Shown piece by piece: positions 20,009-31,502 of a stretch of 32,246 bases of DNA. The translations under genes were made by a program, and so were the position numbers. This DNA comes from Pseudomonadota bacterium (lineage in GTDB: Bacteria > Pseudomonadota > Alphaproteobacteria > RF32 > CAG-239). Location of the stretch: contig JAJWCP010000001.1 in the NCBI GenBank assembly GCA_021617435.1, forward strand, positions 1,388 to 33,633, in the 5' to 3' direction. Numbering within the stretch: the first letter of the stretch is position 1; every line of letters begins with the position of its first letter. The notes beneath the pieces are model-generated. The model ran no database searches. It worked only from the letters and a program-made list of their open reading frames with translations, and was not told the origin of the DNA.

Positions 20009-20553
20009 GAATAGTGGCGGGAAAATATCGCGGCAAAAAGCTCTTCACGCCTGATTATGAGGGGGTTAGACCCACCTCGGAGCGAGCAAGAGAAGCTTTG
20101 TTCAGCATTTTGTATTCGCGCCTCGGCGGGTTCAGCGGCTGTAAAGCGCTTGATATTTTTGCCGGTACCGGCGCTTTCGGACTTGAAGCGCTTTCCCGCG
20201 GGGCGGCAAAAGTTGCGTTTGTTGATAAAAACCCAAAGCTCTTAAACAAAAATACAGCTTTATTTTTGCCCGAAAAAGATAAAATAAAAATAGTGGTTGC
20301 CGATGCTTTGCGTTTGCCACCGGCAACAGAGGCGTATAATCTGATTTTTTCAGACGCGCCGTATGCGCAAAATTTAAGCTCTCCGGCAATATGCGATGCT
20401 ACGGATAAGGGGTGGATTGCGTCGGGGGCGCTTTGTCTTATTGAAACACGCAAAGATGAAGAATTGGCGTTGCCTGAAAATTTTGTGCAAGTTGATGAGA
20501 GAATTTACGGAATTGCCAAAATCAGCTTTTATATATACAATCAAGCCGACTGA
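20005..20553 (+). CDS. rsmD: 16S rRNA (guanine966-N2)-methyltransferase RsmD
   Basis: It has the N-terminus MRIVAGKYRGKKL, SAM-binding motif I (DIFAGTGAFGLEALSRGA) and a DPPY-like motif IV (IFSDAPYA). There is a 4-nt overlap with the preceding gene. Confidence 0.88.
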   Translation: MRIVAGKYRGKKLFTPDYEGVRPTSERAREALFSILYSRLGGFSGCKALDIFAGTGAFGLEALSRGAAKVAFVDKNPKLLNKNTALFLPEKDKIKIVVADALRLPPATEAYNLIFSDAPYAQNLSSPAICDATDKGWIASGALCLIETRKDEELALPENFVQVDERIYGIAKISFYIYNQAD

Positions 20554-20644
20554 TTTTTTGCTGATTTTTTGACAAAAAGTGTTGCTATTTAATTTAATTC
20601 GTGATATTTTTTAGGTAAATTAAAAAAAGTTAAGGAGCGTTTTT

Positions 20645-22720
20645 ATGGCAAGAACATATTTGCAAACCAATACGGTTAATCATAATCACCAAACCGGCAG
20701 CTATGAAAATATTGAACGGGAGCTGATTAAGGAGCAGCAATATCTTAATGCTCAGCTCGCGCGTGTCAGTGCTGATATTTTAAGAGGCGAGGGTGATGAT
20801 GCCGCGCTGAATGCTGAGCGAACATCGTATCGTCAGGCTCTTGACACGGCGGTGCAGGATATGGCATTGCTTAAAAAATATCCCGAATCTTTTCCGTATT
20901 TATATTCAGTGCGCGAACATGCCAAAGCTGATGAAATGCAAGGCACGTTTCGCGAAGTTTTAAGTGATGATGCTGAAATCGTGACTGAAGCCGGTGACGT
21001 TATGCCGCGTGATGAAGCGCTTGAGCTTAACTATGAAATTGACGGCGTTCCGTTTGCCGTATCCGCCGAGCCTTATGATAAACCCGGTGAAGATGAGGCT
21101 CAGCTTAGAGGGCGTATTAATTTCAGTGTCAAAGCCATAGAAAATTTAAATGAAGAACGCTTAAAACAGATTTTGGCCTTTTGCGAGCAACATGGCATGT
21201 CGGTTTATGATATTGATATTCCGATGAAAGAGGGTAAGGTTGATTTAGATGAAAAACTTGCCTCGTTAATGCAAAAAGTTATGGATGCTCGTCGTGCGCA
21301 GGATGCTGCTAATCCAGGTGCCGGTGCTGATGATGAAAATCTTAATCATTATCAGGAAATTACGCCTGAAACTAAAGATTTAGACGTGGCTTTTGTCAAA
21401 GGGACGAAGGTGAAACCTAAAGCCAAAGCGCCCAAAACTTTAAACAACGTTAAAAATGACCTGTTGGAATTGATTGAAAAAGATATGAAGAAAACCCGCG
21501 GTTTAACCTTTTTTGAACGCACTCGTAATGTCGGCGGGTTGTCAACAACTGTCTTCAGTATTTATGATAAACCGGATAAGGATAATGAGAAAAAAGACGG
21601 TCTTAAAGATAAAAACGGCGTTTATGTGCCTACTTATACTTATCGCCTTTATGTTTCGCAGAACTCTAAAACCGGACGCTTTGTGTTCGGCTATTCCACC
21701 CCTAATGGCAAAAAATTAGATGATGCCATGGCGGGCGATTTTATCGGTGTTATTAAAAAGAGTGGTGCAACCCATGTAAACTTTTCAAACCTCAGCAATG
21801 CAGATAAGGGTGTTTGGATGATGGCCTGCGCTGAAAAAGGCTTGGTGCCGATTGGTATCAGTATCAATATGGCTAAAGCCAAAGCGATGGTTGAAGCGGC
21901 GCGCAAAAAACTCAATCATGAAGAATTTGTTTTGTTCAAAAAACGCCTTGCCGACCAAATGATTGAAAACTCTGAAAAGAAGAACCCGGGTAAAGCTCGT
22001 TTCGGCATGGAAAAATCAGAGTATGATTTTGTTCAGACTATGCGATCAGGTTATGACTTTGAAAACTTCCGCTCTGCTTATGACGCGGAGGGAGGCTTGT
22101 ATACCACGGTGCTCTCGCGTATTGAAGAGGGTGGCGCTAACGCGGAAAAAGGCGCGGCTATTACCTTCGGCGCTATGCGCGCGTTGCGTTCGGTATTTGA
22201 CTTGTACGTTAAAAATCAGAATGAAACCTTTGGCGAGGCTTTGGCAAAATCAACCGGTGCCAATAACAAATATGCTTTAACCAAAGAAGAAGTTTTAGCA
22301 CTCTCGCAAATTCCGGCCGGTAAGCCGATGATGGACTTAAATACTGATGACTTTATGGCTATTTACCGCGTTTTGGAACCGCGTCAGATACGGCAAGCGG
22401 AAGAAGATATTTTAGCCGCTTATCGCCGTGAGCTTAAACGCAAACCGCAGCGTGCCGATACTATTGTTTTAGCCAGCGATTTGTTCCCGAAAGTTAAATC
22501 GGAAGTTAACGGTATTAATATTTACTTAGGTCGTGAAGGTATTGACACCTTAACGTTGCCTAATGAACACAGCGGTTTGAGCTATGCTCGTCCTGAAGAA
22601 CTTAATCCTCAGCCGACCGCGCAAAATACGCAGGTTCTGCAAAATACTCAGACTAACCAACCGCAAGCTACTAATAAAGTGGTTAACGCTCAAGTGCAAA
22701 ATTCCGGTAATACCCGCTAA
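20645..22720 (+). CDS. Hypothetical 691-aa protein with no recognisable domain and a Gln/Asn/Thr-rich C-terminal tail
   Basis: This is a long ORF with host-like composition. TAAGGAG lies 8 nt before the ATG. A strong terminator follows at 22766-22796. No TM segment, signal peptide or catalytic motif was recognised. Confidence 0.8.
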   Translation: MARTYLQTNTVNHNHQTGSYENIERELIKEQQYLNAQLARVSADILRGEGDDAALNAERTSYRQALDTAVQDMALLKKYPESFPYLYSVREHAKADEMQGTFREVLSDDAEIVTEAGDVMPRDEALELNYEIDGVPFAVSAEPYDKPGEDEAQLRGRINFSVKAIENLNEERLKQILAFCEQHGMSVYDIDIPMKEGKVDLDEKLASLMQKVMDARRAQDAANPGAGADDENLNHYQEITPETKDLDVAFVKGTKVKPKAKAPKTLNNVKNDLLELIEKDMKKTRGLTFFERTRNVGGLSTTVFSIYDKPDKDNEKKDGLKDKNGVYVPTYTYRLYVSQNSKTGRFVFGYSTPNGKKLDDAMAGDFIGVIKKSGATHVNFSNLSNADKGVWMMACAEKGLVPIGISINMAKAKAMVEAARKKLNHEEFVLFKKRLADQMIENSEKKNPGKARFGMEKSEYDFVQTMRSGYDFENFRSAYDAEGGLYTTVLSRIEEGGANAEKGAAITFGAMRALRSVFDLYVKNQNETFGEALAKSTGANNKYALTKEEVLALSQIPAGKPMMDLNTDDFMAIYRVLEPRQIRQAEEDILAAYRRELKRKPQRADTIVLASDLFPKVKSEVNGINIYLGREGIDTLTLPNEHSGLSYARPEELNPQPTAQNTQVLQNTQTNQPQATNKVVNAQVQNSGNTR

Positions 22721-22765
22721 AATAGCCGGTTGCTAAAATGCCATTTCAGGCGTTGTAAATACCTT

Positions 22766-22796
22766 AAAAATGCAAGATTTTTCTTGCATTTTTTTT
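22766..22796 (+). terminator. Rho-independent terminator after the 691-aa gene
   Basis: The arm aaaaatgcaaga (22766-22777), a tttt loop and the arm tcttgcattttt (22782-22793) form the hairpin. The T-run continues to 22796. Confidence 0.8.
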
Positions 22797-22899
22797 GTAA
22801 ATAGTGTAAAAACTTAGCAGTTTAAAATCAAATTATTCGGTGAATACGCTCCGAGTTTGGCGCAATGCTAAGGGGTTCGGGCGATTCGGTCGCACTTGA

Positions 22900-22922
22900 C
22901 GCATCTTTTTTGAAAAGATGCG
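22900..22922 (+). promoter_or_regulatory. 10-bp stem hairpin in the rpoB 5' leader (possible attenuator or processing structure)
   Basis: The perfect inverted repeat is cgcatctttt / ttg / aaaagatgcg. It lies about 140 nt upstream of the rpoB start and is followed by an A6-CG-T7 palindrome at 22936-22950. Its function is not established. Confidence 0.3.
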
Positions 22923-23059
22923 GATAAGTATTATGAAAAAACGTTTTTTTATATTAACCTTCTGTTTGCGGGGTTTGGTGTTAAATCGGGTAGCTCCCGA
23001 ATTTTGGTGCCGATAGAATGGCTGCAGAATTTACAACCAATGAAAAGGATAAAAACATA

Positions 23060-26000
23060 ATGAAGGAATCTTATACGAGTAAACGACGTGTGAGGAAAAA
23101 CTTCGGCAAGATTGATTCTGTTATTGATATGCCGAGTTTAATTGAAGTTCAGACCGGTTCTTATTCAAGCTTTATCAACAACGTTGATGCCTACGGGCAG
23201 CATTGTGAGTTCGGTTTGGAAGAAGTATTCAAATCTATTTTTCCGATTAAAGATTTTTCGGGTAATGGCGAGCTTGAATTTGTAAAATACGAGCTTGAAG
23301 AGCCGAAATATGACGTTGATGAGTGCATTAAGCGCGATATGACTTATGCCGCTCCGATTAAAGCGACGTTGCGTTTGGTGGTTTGGGATATTGACGAAAC
23401 TACCGGCGCTAAATCGGTACATGACATTAAAGAACAAGATGTCTACATGGGCGATATTCCGTTGATGACCGATAAAGGTACATTTATTTTCAACGGAACT
23501 GAGCGTGTGGTTGTTTCGCAGATGCACCGTTCTCCTGGCGTGTTCTTTGACCATGATAAAGGTAAAACCATGTCTTCAGGTAAATACCTGTTTGCCGCCC
23601 GCGTTATTCCGTACCGCGGCTCATGGCTTGACTTTGAATTTGATGCCAAAGACTTAATTTATGCCCGTATTGACCGTCGCCGTAAATTGCCGGTAACCTC
23701 AATTTTGTATTCATTGTATTCCAAAGAAACCGAAGCTCGTCTTAAAGCCGGTGAAAAAGTTCCTGCCGAAGAAATCAAAGGTATGGATAAAGAGGAAATT
23801 TTAAATTACTTCTATGACGCCGATGAGTATGTTGCGAGCAAAAAAGGTTGGAAAGTTAAATTTAATCCCGAACGCATGAAAGGTGTTAAATTTGACTTTG
23901 ATTTGGTTGATGCTAAAACCGGTAAAACCATTTGGGAACAAGGTAAAAAAATTACTCCGAGAACTGCTGCTAAATTGGCTGAAGGCGGTTTGGAATATTA
24001 TCAGGTTGCCAAAGAACGGCTTTACGGTAAATTCTTGGCTAAAGCTGCGGTTGCTCCTAAAACCGGAGAAGTTATTGCCGATGCCGGAGCTGAATTAAAT
24101 GAAGAAACTTTAGGCAAAATCGCTGACGCAAAAATTAATGAACTCAGCATTTTGTACATTGATGGCGTTAATGTAGGACCTTATATCCGCAACACTTTGG
24201 AAGCGGATAAAAACCATTGCCGTGAAGAGGCTCTGCTTGATATTTACCGCGTTATGCGCCCGGGTGAACCGGCAACCTTAGACACCTCATATCACTTGTT
24301 CAAAGATTTATTCTTTGACGGCGAGCGTTATGACTTGTCATCGGTCGGTCGTGTTAAAATGAATTTGGCTTTGGATATTCCGTTTGAAGAGGCTCCCGAC
24401 ACTTACCGCACTTTGCGTAAAGATGATATCCTGCGCATTGTTAAACACATGATTGAATTGCGTGACGGCAAAGGCGAAGTTGATGATATTGACCACTTGG
24501 GCAACCGTCGTGTTCGCTCAGTCGGCGAATTGATGGAAAACCAATATCGTATGGGCTTGCTCAGAATGGAACGCGCAATCCGTGAAAAAATGAGCGCTGA
24601 GGTTTTGAACAACGTTAAGCCACAAGATTTGGTTAATGCTAAGCCGATTGCTTCCGTTATTCGTGAATTTTTCGGTTCATCGCAGCTCTCGCAATTTATG
24701 GACCAAAACAACCCGCTGTCTGAAATTACTCACAAACGCCGTTTGTCTGCGTTAGGTCCCGGCGGTTTGTCACGTGACCGCGCCGGTTTTGAAGTGCGCG
24801 ACGTGCACCCGACCCATTACGGACGTATCTGCCCGATTGAAACTCCTGAAGGCCCGAACATCGGTTTGATTAACTCGCTTGCAACTTATGCCCGCATTAA
24901 TAAATACGGCTTTATAGAATGTCCGTATCGTAAAGTTATTGACGGTGTTGTTACCAAAGACGTTGTTTATTTGTCAGCTGATGAAGAAGGCAAATACATT
25001 ATCGCGGAAGCAAACGCCAAAGTTAACGATGACGGTCGTTTTGCCAATGATATGATTGCCTGCCGTAAAGCCGGTGAAGTTATTTACGCGGCTCCTTCCG
25101 ATATTAATTTGATTGACGTTTCGCCAAAACAGTTGGTATCAGTTGCGACCGCATTAATTCCGTTCTTGGAAAACGATGACGCGAACCGCGCTTTGATGGG
25201 TTCAAACATGCAACGTCAAGGCGTTCCGTTGCTCCGCAGCGAGGCTCCGCTTGTTGGTACCGGTATTGAAGCTACCGTTGCTAAAGATTCCGGCGCAACT
25301 TTGGTTGCCAAATATGATGGTGTTGTTGACTCGGTTGACGCTAACCGCATTGTTATTCGCTCAGATGACCAACATGCTAATGACGTCGGCGTTGAAATTT
25401 ATCGTCTGCAAAAATTCCGTCGCTCCAACCAAAACACCTGCATCAATCAGGTTCCGCTTGTTAAAGTCGGTGACAAAATTAAAGCCGGTGACATTATCGC
25501 CGACGGTCCTTGTACCGAAATGGGCGAATTAGCGCTTGGTAAAAACGTTTTGGTGGCCTTTATGCCGTGGAACGGTTTGAACTATGAAGATGCTATTTTG
25601 CTTTCGGAACGTATTTCCCGCGATGACGTTTTAACTTCGCTTCATATTGAAGAATTTGAAGTTATGGCTCGCGATACCAAACTTGGTCAGGAAGAAATCA
25701 CCCGCGATATTCCGAACGTTGGTGAAGAAGCCTTGCGCAACCTTGACGAGGCCGGTATTGTATACATCGGCGCTGAAGTTAAAGCCGGTGATATTTTGGT
25801 TGGTAAAGTTACCCCGAAAGGCGAATCTCCGGTTACTCCGGAAGAAAAATTGTTGCGCGCCATCTTTGGTGAAAAAGCCAGCGATGTTCGCGATACTTCA
25901 TTGCGTGTTCAGCCGGGTATTGAAGGCGTTGTTGTTGACGTTCACGTATTTTCACGCCGCGGTGTTGAAAAAGACGAACGCGCCCTCTCTATTGAACAGC

Positions 26001-27226
26001 ATGAAATTTCACAGCTTGCTAAAGAGCGTGACGATGAAATTGCTATTCTTCGCCGCAACTATGATGCCCGCTTAAAAGCTATGCTCACCGGTCAAACCGT
26101 TGTAGATGCTCCGAAGGGCATTGATAAAAAGGCAACTTTAACCGCTGAAATGCTTGATACAATTCCGTCATCACAGTGGTGCAAGATTGTAGTTAAAGAT
26201 GAAGCGATTATGGCTCAGATTGAAGAGTTCTCCGCTGCGTTTGACGCGCGCGTTGCCAAAGTTCAGGCTCACTTTGATGATAAAGTTGAAAAAGTTCAAC
26301 GAGGTGATGACCTGCTTCCGGGCGTGTTGAAAATGGTTAAAGTATTTATTGCTACTAAACGTAAAATGCAAACCGGTGATAAAATGGCCGGTCGTCACGG
26401 TAACAAAGGTACTGTATCACGCGTTCTGCCGCTTGAAGATATGCCGTATATGGAAGACGGTACTCCGGTTGACATTGTGTTAAACCCGCTCGGCGTGCCT
26501 TCACGTATGAACGTAGGACAAATTTTGGAAACGCACCTGGGCTGGGCAGCCAAAGAACTTGGCAAACAGTTAAACGAGATGTGCGAACAGTACAAAAAAG
26601 GTGAGAAAACCATTGACGAGCTTAACGCCCGTTTGAAGGAAATTTACGGTGAAAAACAGTATAAAGCTGAAATTGAGCCGATGAATGAACCTGAAAAAAT
26701 GGAACTTATTTCTAACCTTAAAAACGGTATTCCGATGGCAACTCCGGTATTTGACGGCGCCAGCGGCGATGATATTAACCGTATGCTGTCAATGGCAGGT
26801 TTGCCGACCTCCGGTCAAATTGACCTGTATGATGGTCGTACCGGTGAAAAATTTGATCGTAAAGTTACCGTCGGTATCATTTACATGATTAAATTGCACC
26901 ACATCGTTGACGAAAAAATGCACGCTCGTTCGGTTGGTCCGTACAGCCTTGTTACTCAGCAACCTTTGGGTGGTAAAGCTCAGTTCGGCGGACAACGTTT
27001 CGGTGAAATGGAGGTTTGGGCATTGCAAGCTTACGGTGCCGCTTACACCTTGCAAGAAATGTTGACGGTTAAATCCGATGACGTAAACGGCCGCACCAAG
27101 GTTTATGAAGCTATTGTTCGCGGTGAAGATACGTTTGAAACCGGCGTTCCTGAATCATTCAACGTTTTGGTAAAAGAAATGAAGTCTTTGTGCCTAAATG
27201 TTGAAATGTTGAACGAAGAAGTTTAA
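23060..27226 (+). CDS. rpoB: DNA-directed RNA polymerase subunit beta
   Basis: RpoB blocks are unmistakable ([11 protein letters not shown]...[52 protein letters not shown]). I prefer the ATG at 23060 because AAGGA lies about 10 nt upstream and the N-terminus matches typical RpoB. The ORF-track ATG at 23018 is the alternative. Confidence 0.98.
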   Translation: MKESYTSKRRVRKNFGKIDSVIDMPSLIEVQTGSYSSFINNVDAYGQHCEFGLEEVFKSIFPIKDFSGNGELEFVKYELEEPKYDVDECIKRDMTYAAPIKATLRLVVWDIDETTGAKSVHDIKEQDVYMGDIPLMTDKGTFIFNGTERVVVSQMHRSPGVFFDHDKGKTMSSGKYLFAARVIPYRGSWLDFEFDAKDLIYARIDRRRKLPVTSILYSLYSKETEARLKAGEKVPAEEIKGMDKEEILNYFYDADEYVASKKGWKVKFNPERMKGVKFDFDLVDAKTGKTIWEQGKKITPRTAAKLAEGGLEYYQVAKERLYGKFLAKAAVAPKTGEVIADAGAELNEETLGKIADAKINELSILYIDGVNVGPYIRNTLEADKNHCREEALLDIYRVMRPGEPATLDTSYHLFKDLFFDGERYDLSSVGRVKMNLALDIPFEEAPDTYRTLRKDDILRIVKHMIELRDGKGEVDDIDHLGNRRVRSVGELMENQYRMGLLRMERAIREKMSAEVLNNVKPQDLVNAKPIASVIREFFGSSQLSQFMDQNNPLSEITHKRRLSALGPGGLSRDRAGFEVRDVHPTHYGRICPIETPEGPNIGLINSLATYARINKYGFIECPYRKVIDGVVTKDVVYLSADEEGKYIIAEANAKVNDDGRFANDMIACRKAGEVIYAAPSDINLIDVSPKQLVSVATALIPFLENDDANRALMGSNMQRQGVPLLRSEAPLVGTGIEATVAKDSGATLVAKYDGVVDSVDANRIVIRSDDQHANDVGVEIYRLQKFRRSNQNTCINQVPLVKVGDKIKAGDIIADGPCTEMGELALGKNVLVAFMPWNGLNYEDAILLSERISRDDVLTSLHIEEFEVMARDTKLGQEEITRDIPNVGEEALRNLDEAGIVYIGAEVKAGDILVGKVTPKGESPVTPEEKLLRAIFGEKASDVRDTSLRVQPGIEGVVVDVHVFSRRGVEKDERALSIEQHEISQLAKERDDEIAILRRNYDARLKAMLTGQTVVDAPKGIDKKATLTAEMLDTIPSSQWCKIVVKDEAIMAQIEEFSAAFDARVAKVQAHFDDKVEKVQRGDDLLPGVLKMVKVFIATKRKMQTGDKMAGRHGNKGTVSRVLPLEDMPYMEDGTPVDIVLNPLGVPSRMNVGQILETHLGWAAKELGKQLNEMCEQYKKGEKTIDELNARLKEIYGEKQYKAEIEPMNEPEKMELISNLKNGIPMATPVFDGASGDDINRMLSMAGLPTSGQIDLYDGRTGEKFDRKVTVGIIYMIKLHHIVDEKMHARSVGPYSLVTQQPLGGKAQFGGQRFGEMEVWALQAYGAAYTLQEMLTVKSDDVNGRTKVYEAIVRGEDTFETGVPESFNVLVKEMKSLCLNVEMLNEEV

Positions 27227-27246
27227 GGATAAGGAGTTTAATAATA

Positions 27247-30200
27247 ATGAATGATGTAATGAAATTTTTTGGTCAGCAGCCGGCTGAAGAGAACTTTGAT
27301 GAAATCAAAATCTCTATTGCTTCTCCTGAACAAATTCGTTCATGGTCTTATGGCGAAGTTAAAAAGCCTGAAACCATTAACTATCGTACCTTTAAGCCGG
27401 AGCGCGACGGTTTGTTCTGCGCCCGCATTTTCGGTCCGGTAAAAGATTATGAATGCTTGTGCGGTAAATATAAAAGGATGAAATATCGCGGCATCGTTTG
27501 CGAAAAATGCGGTGTTGAAGTTACGCTTTCCAAAGTTCGTCGTGAAAGAATGGGGCATATTGAACTGGCTGCGCCGGTTGCCCACATTTGGTTCTTAAAG
27601 TCTTTGCCGAGCCGCATTTCAATGCTCACCGATATTCCGATGAAGTCATTGGAAAGAGTTTTGTATTTTGAAAGCTACATCGTAATTGAGCCGGGCTTGA
27701 CTGACTTAACCGTTAATCAGCTCTTGAGCGAAGACGAGTATTTAGACGCTTTGGATAAATATGGTGAAGACGCGTTTCGTGCCGGCATCGGTGCTGAAGC
27801 TCTGCGCGAAATTTTGGCCAACATTGATTTGGAAGCCGAACGCGCCGACATGCGTGCCGAATTAAAAGAAACTAATTCTGAAGCTAAACGTAAAAAGTTG
27901 GTTAAGCGCCTGAAGATTGTTGAATCCTTTATTGAATCCAACACCAAGCCTGAATGGATGATTTTAACCGTTCTGCCGGTTATTCCGCCTGAATTGCGTC
28001 CGTTGGTTCCGTTGGACGGAGGCCGCTTTGCAACTTCAGATTTAAACGATTTGTATCGCCGTGTTATTAACCGCAACAACCGTTTGAAACGCTTGCTTGA
28101 ATTGCATGCTCCGGATATTATCGTCCGTAATGAAAAGAGAATGTTGCAAGAATCGGTAGACGCATTGTTTGACAACGGTCGTCGTGCTCGTGCCATTACC
28201 GGCACCAGCAAGCGCCCGCTTAAATCTTTGTCCGATATGCTCAAAGGTAAACAAGGTCGTTTCCGTCAAAACTTGTTAGGTAAACGTGTTGACTATTCAG
28301 GTCGTTCCGTTATTACCGTTGGTCCTGAACTCAAACTGCAACAGTGCGGTTTACCTAAAAAGATGGCGCTTGAGTTGTTTAAGCCGTTTGTATATTCAAA
28401 ACTTGAATTATACGGTCACGCAACCACCATTAAAGCAGCCAAACGCATGGTTGAAAAAGAACGTCCGGAAGTATGGGACATTTTGGAAGAAGTTATTCGT
28501 GAGCACCCTGTATTGTTAAACCGCGCGCCAACCTTGCACCGCTTGGGTATTCAGGCATTTGAACCGGTATTGGTTGAAGGTAAAGCTATTCACTTGCATC
28601 CGTTGGTATGTACCGCGTTCAACGCCGACTTTGATGGTGACCAAATGGCTGTTCACGTCCCGCTTTCGTTGGAATCTCAACTTGAAGCTCGTGTGCTGAT
28701 GATGTCAACCAACAACATTTTGTCGCCTGCTTCAGGTAAACCGATTATTGTACCATCACAAGATATGGTGCTTGGTATTTATTACCTTACTTATGATGCT
28801 GACGGCGTAACCGGCGAGGGCAGCATATACGCTGATGCCGATGAAGTTATGTTAGCGTTAAATGCCAAAGTTGTTGATTTGCACGCTAAAATCAAATGCC
28901 GTATGGAATATGTTGATGATAACGGCGAAACCAAGTATGGCTTGGTTGATACCACACCGGGACGTATTATCGTTTCCGATATTTTGCCGAAAAACCCGCA
29001 CATTCCGTTCTCATTGGTAAACCGCTTGATTAAAAAGAAAGAAATTTCTGAAATCATTGACACCGTATATCGTCATTGCGGTCAAAAAGAAACCTGCATC
29101 ATGGTTGATAAAATCATGACTTTGGGCTTCACCAATGCTTGTAAGGCCGGTATTTCATTCGGTAAAGATGACTTGATTGTGCCTGATGCCAAGAAAGAAC
29201 TCATTGCCGAAACCACCAAGCAGGTTAAAGAGTTTGAACAGCAGTATCAAAACGGTTTGATTACCAAGGGTGAAAAATACAACAAAGTTGTTGATATTTG
29301 GGCAGCTTGCACCGATAAAATTGCTGATGAAATGATGAAAAATATTTCCAAAACCGAGCATGGCTACATCAACTCCGTATACATGATGGCTCACTCCGGT
29401 GCGCGTGGTTCTGCCGCTCAAATGCGTCAGCTTGCCGGTATGCGTGGTTTGATGGCAAAACCGAGCGGTGAAATTATTGAACAACCGATTATTTCAAACT
29501 TTAAAGAAGGTTTGACCGTGTCGGAATACTTCAACTCCACTCACGGTGCTCGTAAAGGTTTGGCAGATACCGCGTTAAAAACCGCTAACTCCGGTTACTT
29601 AACCCGTCGTTTGGTTGACGTTGCTCAAGATGTTGTTGTTACTGAAACCGATTGCGGAACCGAGCGCGGCATTATTGTTCGTCCGGTTGTTGACGGCGGT
29701 AACGTTATTGTTTCAATCGGCGATCGTATTTTGGGTCGTACCATTCAAGAAGATATTGTTCACCCTGAAACCGGCGAAGTTTTGGTTAAAAAAGGCAGAC
29801 TTATTGATGAAAACGACGCTGAATTGGTTGAAAAGGCAGGTGTTGAACAGGTTAAAATCCGTTCGGTATTAACCTGTGAATCTGAGCACGGTGTTTGCGC
29901 CGCATGTTACGGTCGTGACCTTGCTCGTGGTACTCCGGTTAACGTTGGTGAAGCTGTCGGTGTTATTGCCGCTCAGTCCATTGGTGAACCCGGCACCCAA
30001 CTTACCATGAGAACCTTCCACATTGGTGGTGCGGCTTCAAAGTCAGCTGAACAGTCCAGTGTTGAAGTTCCGTTTGCCGGCGTATTAAAGCTTGAAAACA
30101 AGCATACTGTCACCAACTCTGATGGTCACTTGATTGTTTTATCACGTAACTGCGAGATTGTAATTTCTGACTCGCAAGGTCGTGAAAAATCACGTCACCA

Positions 30201-31434
30201 CGTACCGTACGGTACCAAGATTTTGGTTGAAGAAGGCACCAAAGTTAAAAAAGGTCAGAAAGTGGCAGAATGGGATCCGTTCACTATTCCGGTAATTTCA
30301 GAAAAAGCTGGTGTTGCCCAGTTGGTTGACCTTATCAACAACGTTTCGGTTAAAGAAAACATGGATGAAACAACCGGTATCGTTTCAAAAGTTGTGATTG
30401 ATTGGCAGTCCGCTTCTTCAGCCAATGCTTCATTAAAACCGAGCATTGTGTTGAAAGACGCCAAAGGCAAAGCCGTAAACTTTGATAACGGTAAAGAAGC
30501 TCGTTATTATCTGTCAGTTGACGCGGTATTAAACGTTGATAACGGCTCTGAAATTAAAGTCGGTGACGTTATCGCCCGTATTCCGAGAGAGAGTTCCAAG
30601 ACCAAAGATATTACCGGTGGTTTGCCGCGTGTTGCCGAGTTGTTTGAAGCTCGTCACCCGAAGGATCAGGCCATTATTTCCGATACCGATGGTATGGTAG
30701 AATTTGGCAAAGACTATAAAGCTAAACAGCGTATTATGGTTGTTCCAGCCAAAGGCGAACCGATTGAATACTTAATTCCTAAGGGACGTCACCTGGTTGT
30801 TCAAGACGGTGATGTTGTTAAAAAAGGCGATATGCTGGTTGAAGGCACTCCGGCTCCGCACGATATTTTGCGCGTGTTGGGTGTTGAAAAATTGGCCGAA
30901 TACCTGGTTAAAGAAGTTCAAGACGTATACCGTCTGCAAGGTGTTAAAATTAACGATAAGCACATTGAAGTTATCGTTTCGCAAATGCTCAAGAAAGTTG
31001 AAATTACCGTTCCTGGTGACACAACCTTCTTAATCGGCGAACAGGTTGACCGTGATGTGTTTGAGGAGGAAAACGCTAAAGTTTTGGCTGAAAACGGCAC
31101 TCCGGCTCAGGCTGATCCGGTTCTGCTTGGTATCACCAAGGCTTCATTGCAGACCAAGTCGTTTATTTCAGCGGCATCATTCCAAGAGACCACCCGCGTC
31201 TTGACCGAAGCCGCCGTATCCGGCAAAGTTGATCACTTAACCGGTTTGAAAGAAAACGTTATCGTCGGTCGTTTAATTCCGGCCGGTACCGGTACGGTAT
31301 TGCGTTCGCTTAAACGCGTTGCCGCTCAAAATGATAAAGAAATTTTGGCTCAACGTGAAGCAAACAGCAATGAGCAAATTGAGCATAATGCTGAAACTCC
31401 GGCTCCCGCAGCTGAAGAAACTCCGGCAGAATAG
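27247..31434 (+). CDS. rpoC: DNA-directed RNA polymerase subunit beta prime
   Basis: It has the catalytic motif [12 protein letters not shown] and an N-terminal zinc motif ([23 protein letters not shown]). The protein is 1395 aa. AAGGAG lies upstream of the ATG. Confidence 0.99.
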   Translation: MNDVMKFFGQQPAEENFDEIKISIASPEQIRSWSYGEVKKPETINYRTFKPERDGLFCARIFGPVKDYECLCGKYKRMKYRGIVCEKCGVEVTLSKVRRERMGHIELAAPVAHIWFLKSLPSRISMLTDIPMKSLERVLYFESYIVIEPGLTDLTVNQLLSEDEYLDALDKYGEDAFRAGIGAEALREILANIDLEAERADMRAELKETNSEAKRKKLVKRLKIVESFIESNTKPEWMILTVLPVIPPELRPLVPLDGGRFATSDLNDLYRRVINRNNRLKRLLELHAPDIIVRNEKRMLQESVDALFDNGRRARAITGTSKRPLKSLSDMLKGKQGRFRQNLLGKRVDYSGRSVITVGPELKLQQCGLPKKMALELFKPFVYSKLELYGHATTIKAAKRMVEKERPEVWDILEEVIREHPVLLNRAPTLHRLGIQAFEPVLVEGKAIHLHPLVCTAFNADFDGDQMAVHVPLSLESQLEARVLMMSTNNILSPASGKPIIVPSQDMVLGIYYLTYDADGVTGEGSIYADADEVMLALNAKVVDLHAKIKCRMEYVDDNGETKYGLVDTTPGRIIVSDILPKNPHIPFSLVNRLIKKKEISEIIDTVYRHCGQKETCIMVDKIMTLGFTNACKAGISFGKDDLIVPDAKKELIAETTKQVKEFEQQYQNGLITKGEKYNKVVDIWAACTDKIADEMMKNISKTEHGYINSVYMMAHSGARGSAAQMRQLAGMRGLMAKPSGEIIEQPIISNFKEGLTVSEYFNSTHGARKGLADTALKTANSGYLTRRLVDVAQDVVVTETDCGTERGIIVRPVVDGGNVIVSIGDRILGRTIQEDIVHPETGEVLVKKGRLIDENDAELVEKAGVEQVKIRSVLTCESEHGVCAACYGRDLARGTPVNVGEAVGVIAAQSIGEPGTQLTMRTFHIGGAASKSAEQSSVEVPFAGVLKLENKHTVTNSDGHLIVLSRNCEIVISDSQGREKSRHHVPYGTKILVEEGTKVKKGQKVAEWDPFTIPVISEKAGVAQLVDLINNVSVKENMDETTGIVSKVVIDWQSASSANASLKPSIVLKDAKGKAVNFDNGKEARYYLSVDAVLNVDNGSEIKVGDVIARIPRESSKTKDITGGLPRVAELFEARHPKDQAIISDTDGMVEFGKDYKAKQRIMVVPAKGEPIEYLIPKGRHLVVQDGDVVKKGDMLVEGTPAPHDILRVLGVEKLAEYLVKEVQDVYRLQGVKINDKHIEVIVSQMLKKVEITVPGDTTFLIGEQVDRDVFEEENAKVLAENGTPAQADPVLLGITKASLQTKSFISAASFQETTRVLTEAAVSGKVDHLTGLKENVIVGRLIPAGTGTVLRSLKRVAAQNDKEILAQREANSNEQIEHNAETPAPAAEETPAE

Positions 31435-31450
31435 CTTAAATTAGCAACTA

Positions 31451-31485
31451 AAAACCCTCGCTTTAGCAATAAGGCGAGGGTTTTT
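31451..31485. terminator. Bidirectional rho-independent terminator between rpoC and the convergent pilin-like gene
   Basis: The sequence is aaaa-ccctcgc (31455-31461) ... gcgaggg (31474-31480) -ttttt. The A-run on the left and T-run on the right allow termination from either strand. Confidence 0.75.
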
Positions 31486-31502
31486 GTTTGGATTAAAGCA
31501 AC

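Noticed and set aside
20055-20453. 132-aa and 85-aa minus-strand ORFs.
   Set aside because: They are antisense within rsmD, which has clear methyltransferase motifs.
22865-22927. A 20-codon ORF (MLRGSGDSVALDASFLKRCG) in the rpoB leader, considered as a leader peptide.
   Set aside because: It has no Shine-Dalgarno and no distinctive codon content. It merely overlaps the hairpin and is most likely chance.
25647-26075. A 142-aa plus-strand ORF in another frame of rpoB.
   Set aside because: It is an alternative frame inside rpoB with a Lys/Leu-rich low-complexity translation, and there is no evidence for an overlapping gene.
27717-28244. A 175-aa minus-strand ORF.
   Set aside because: It lies entirely antisense within the highly conserved rpoC. 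Its Arg/Ser/Leu-rich composition is typical of antisense translation.
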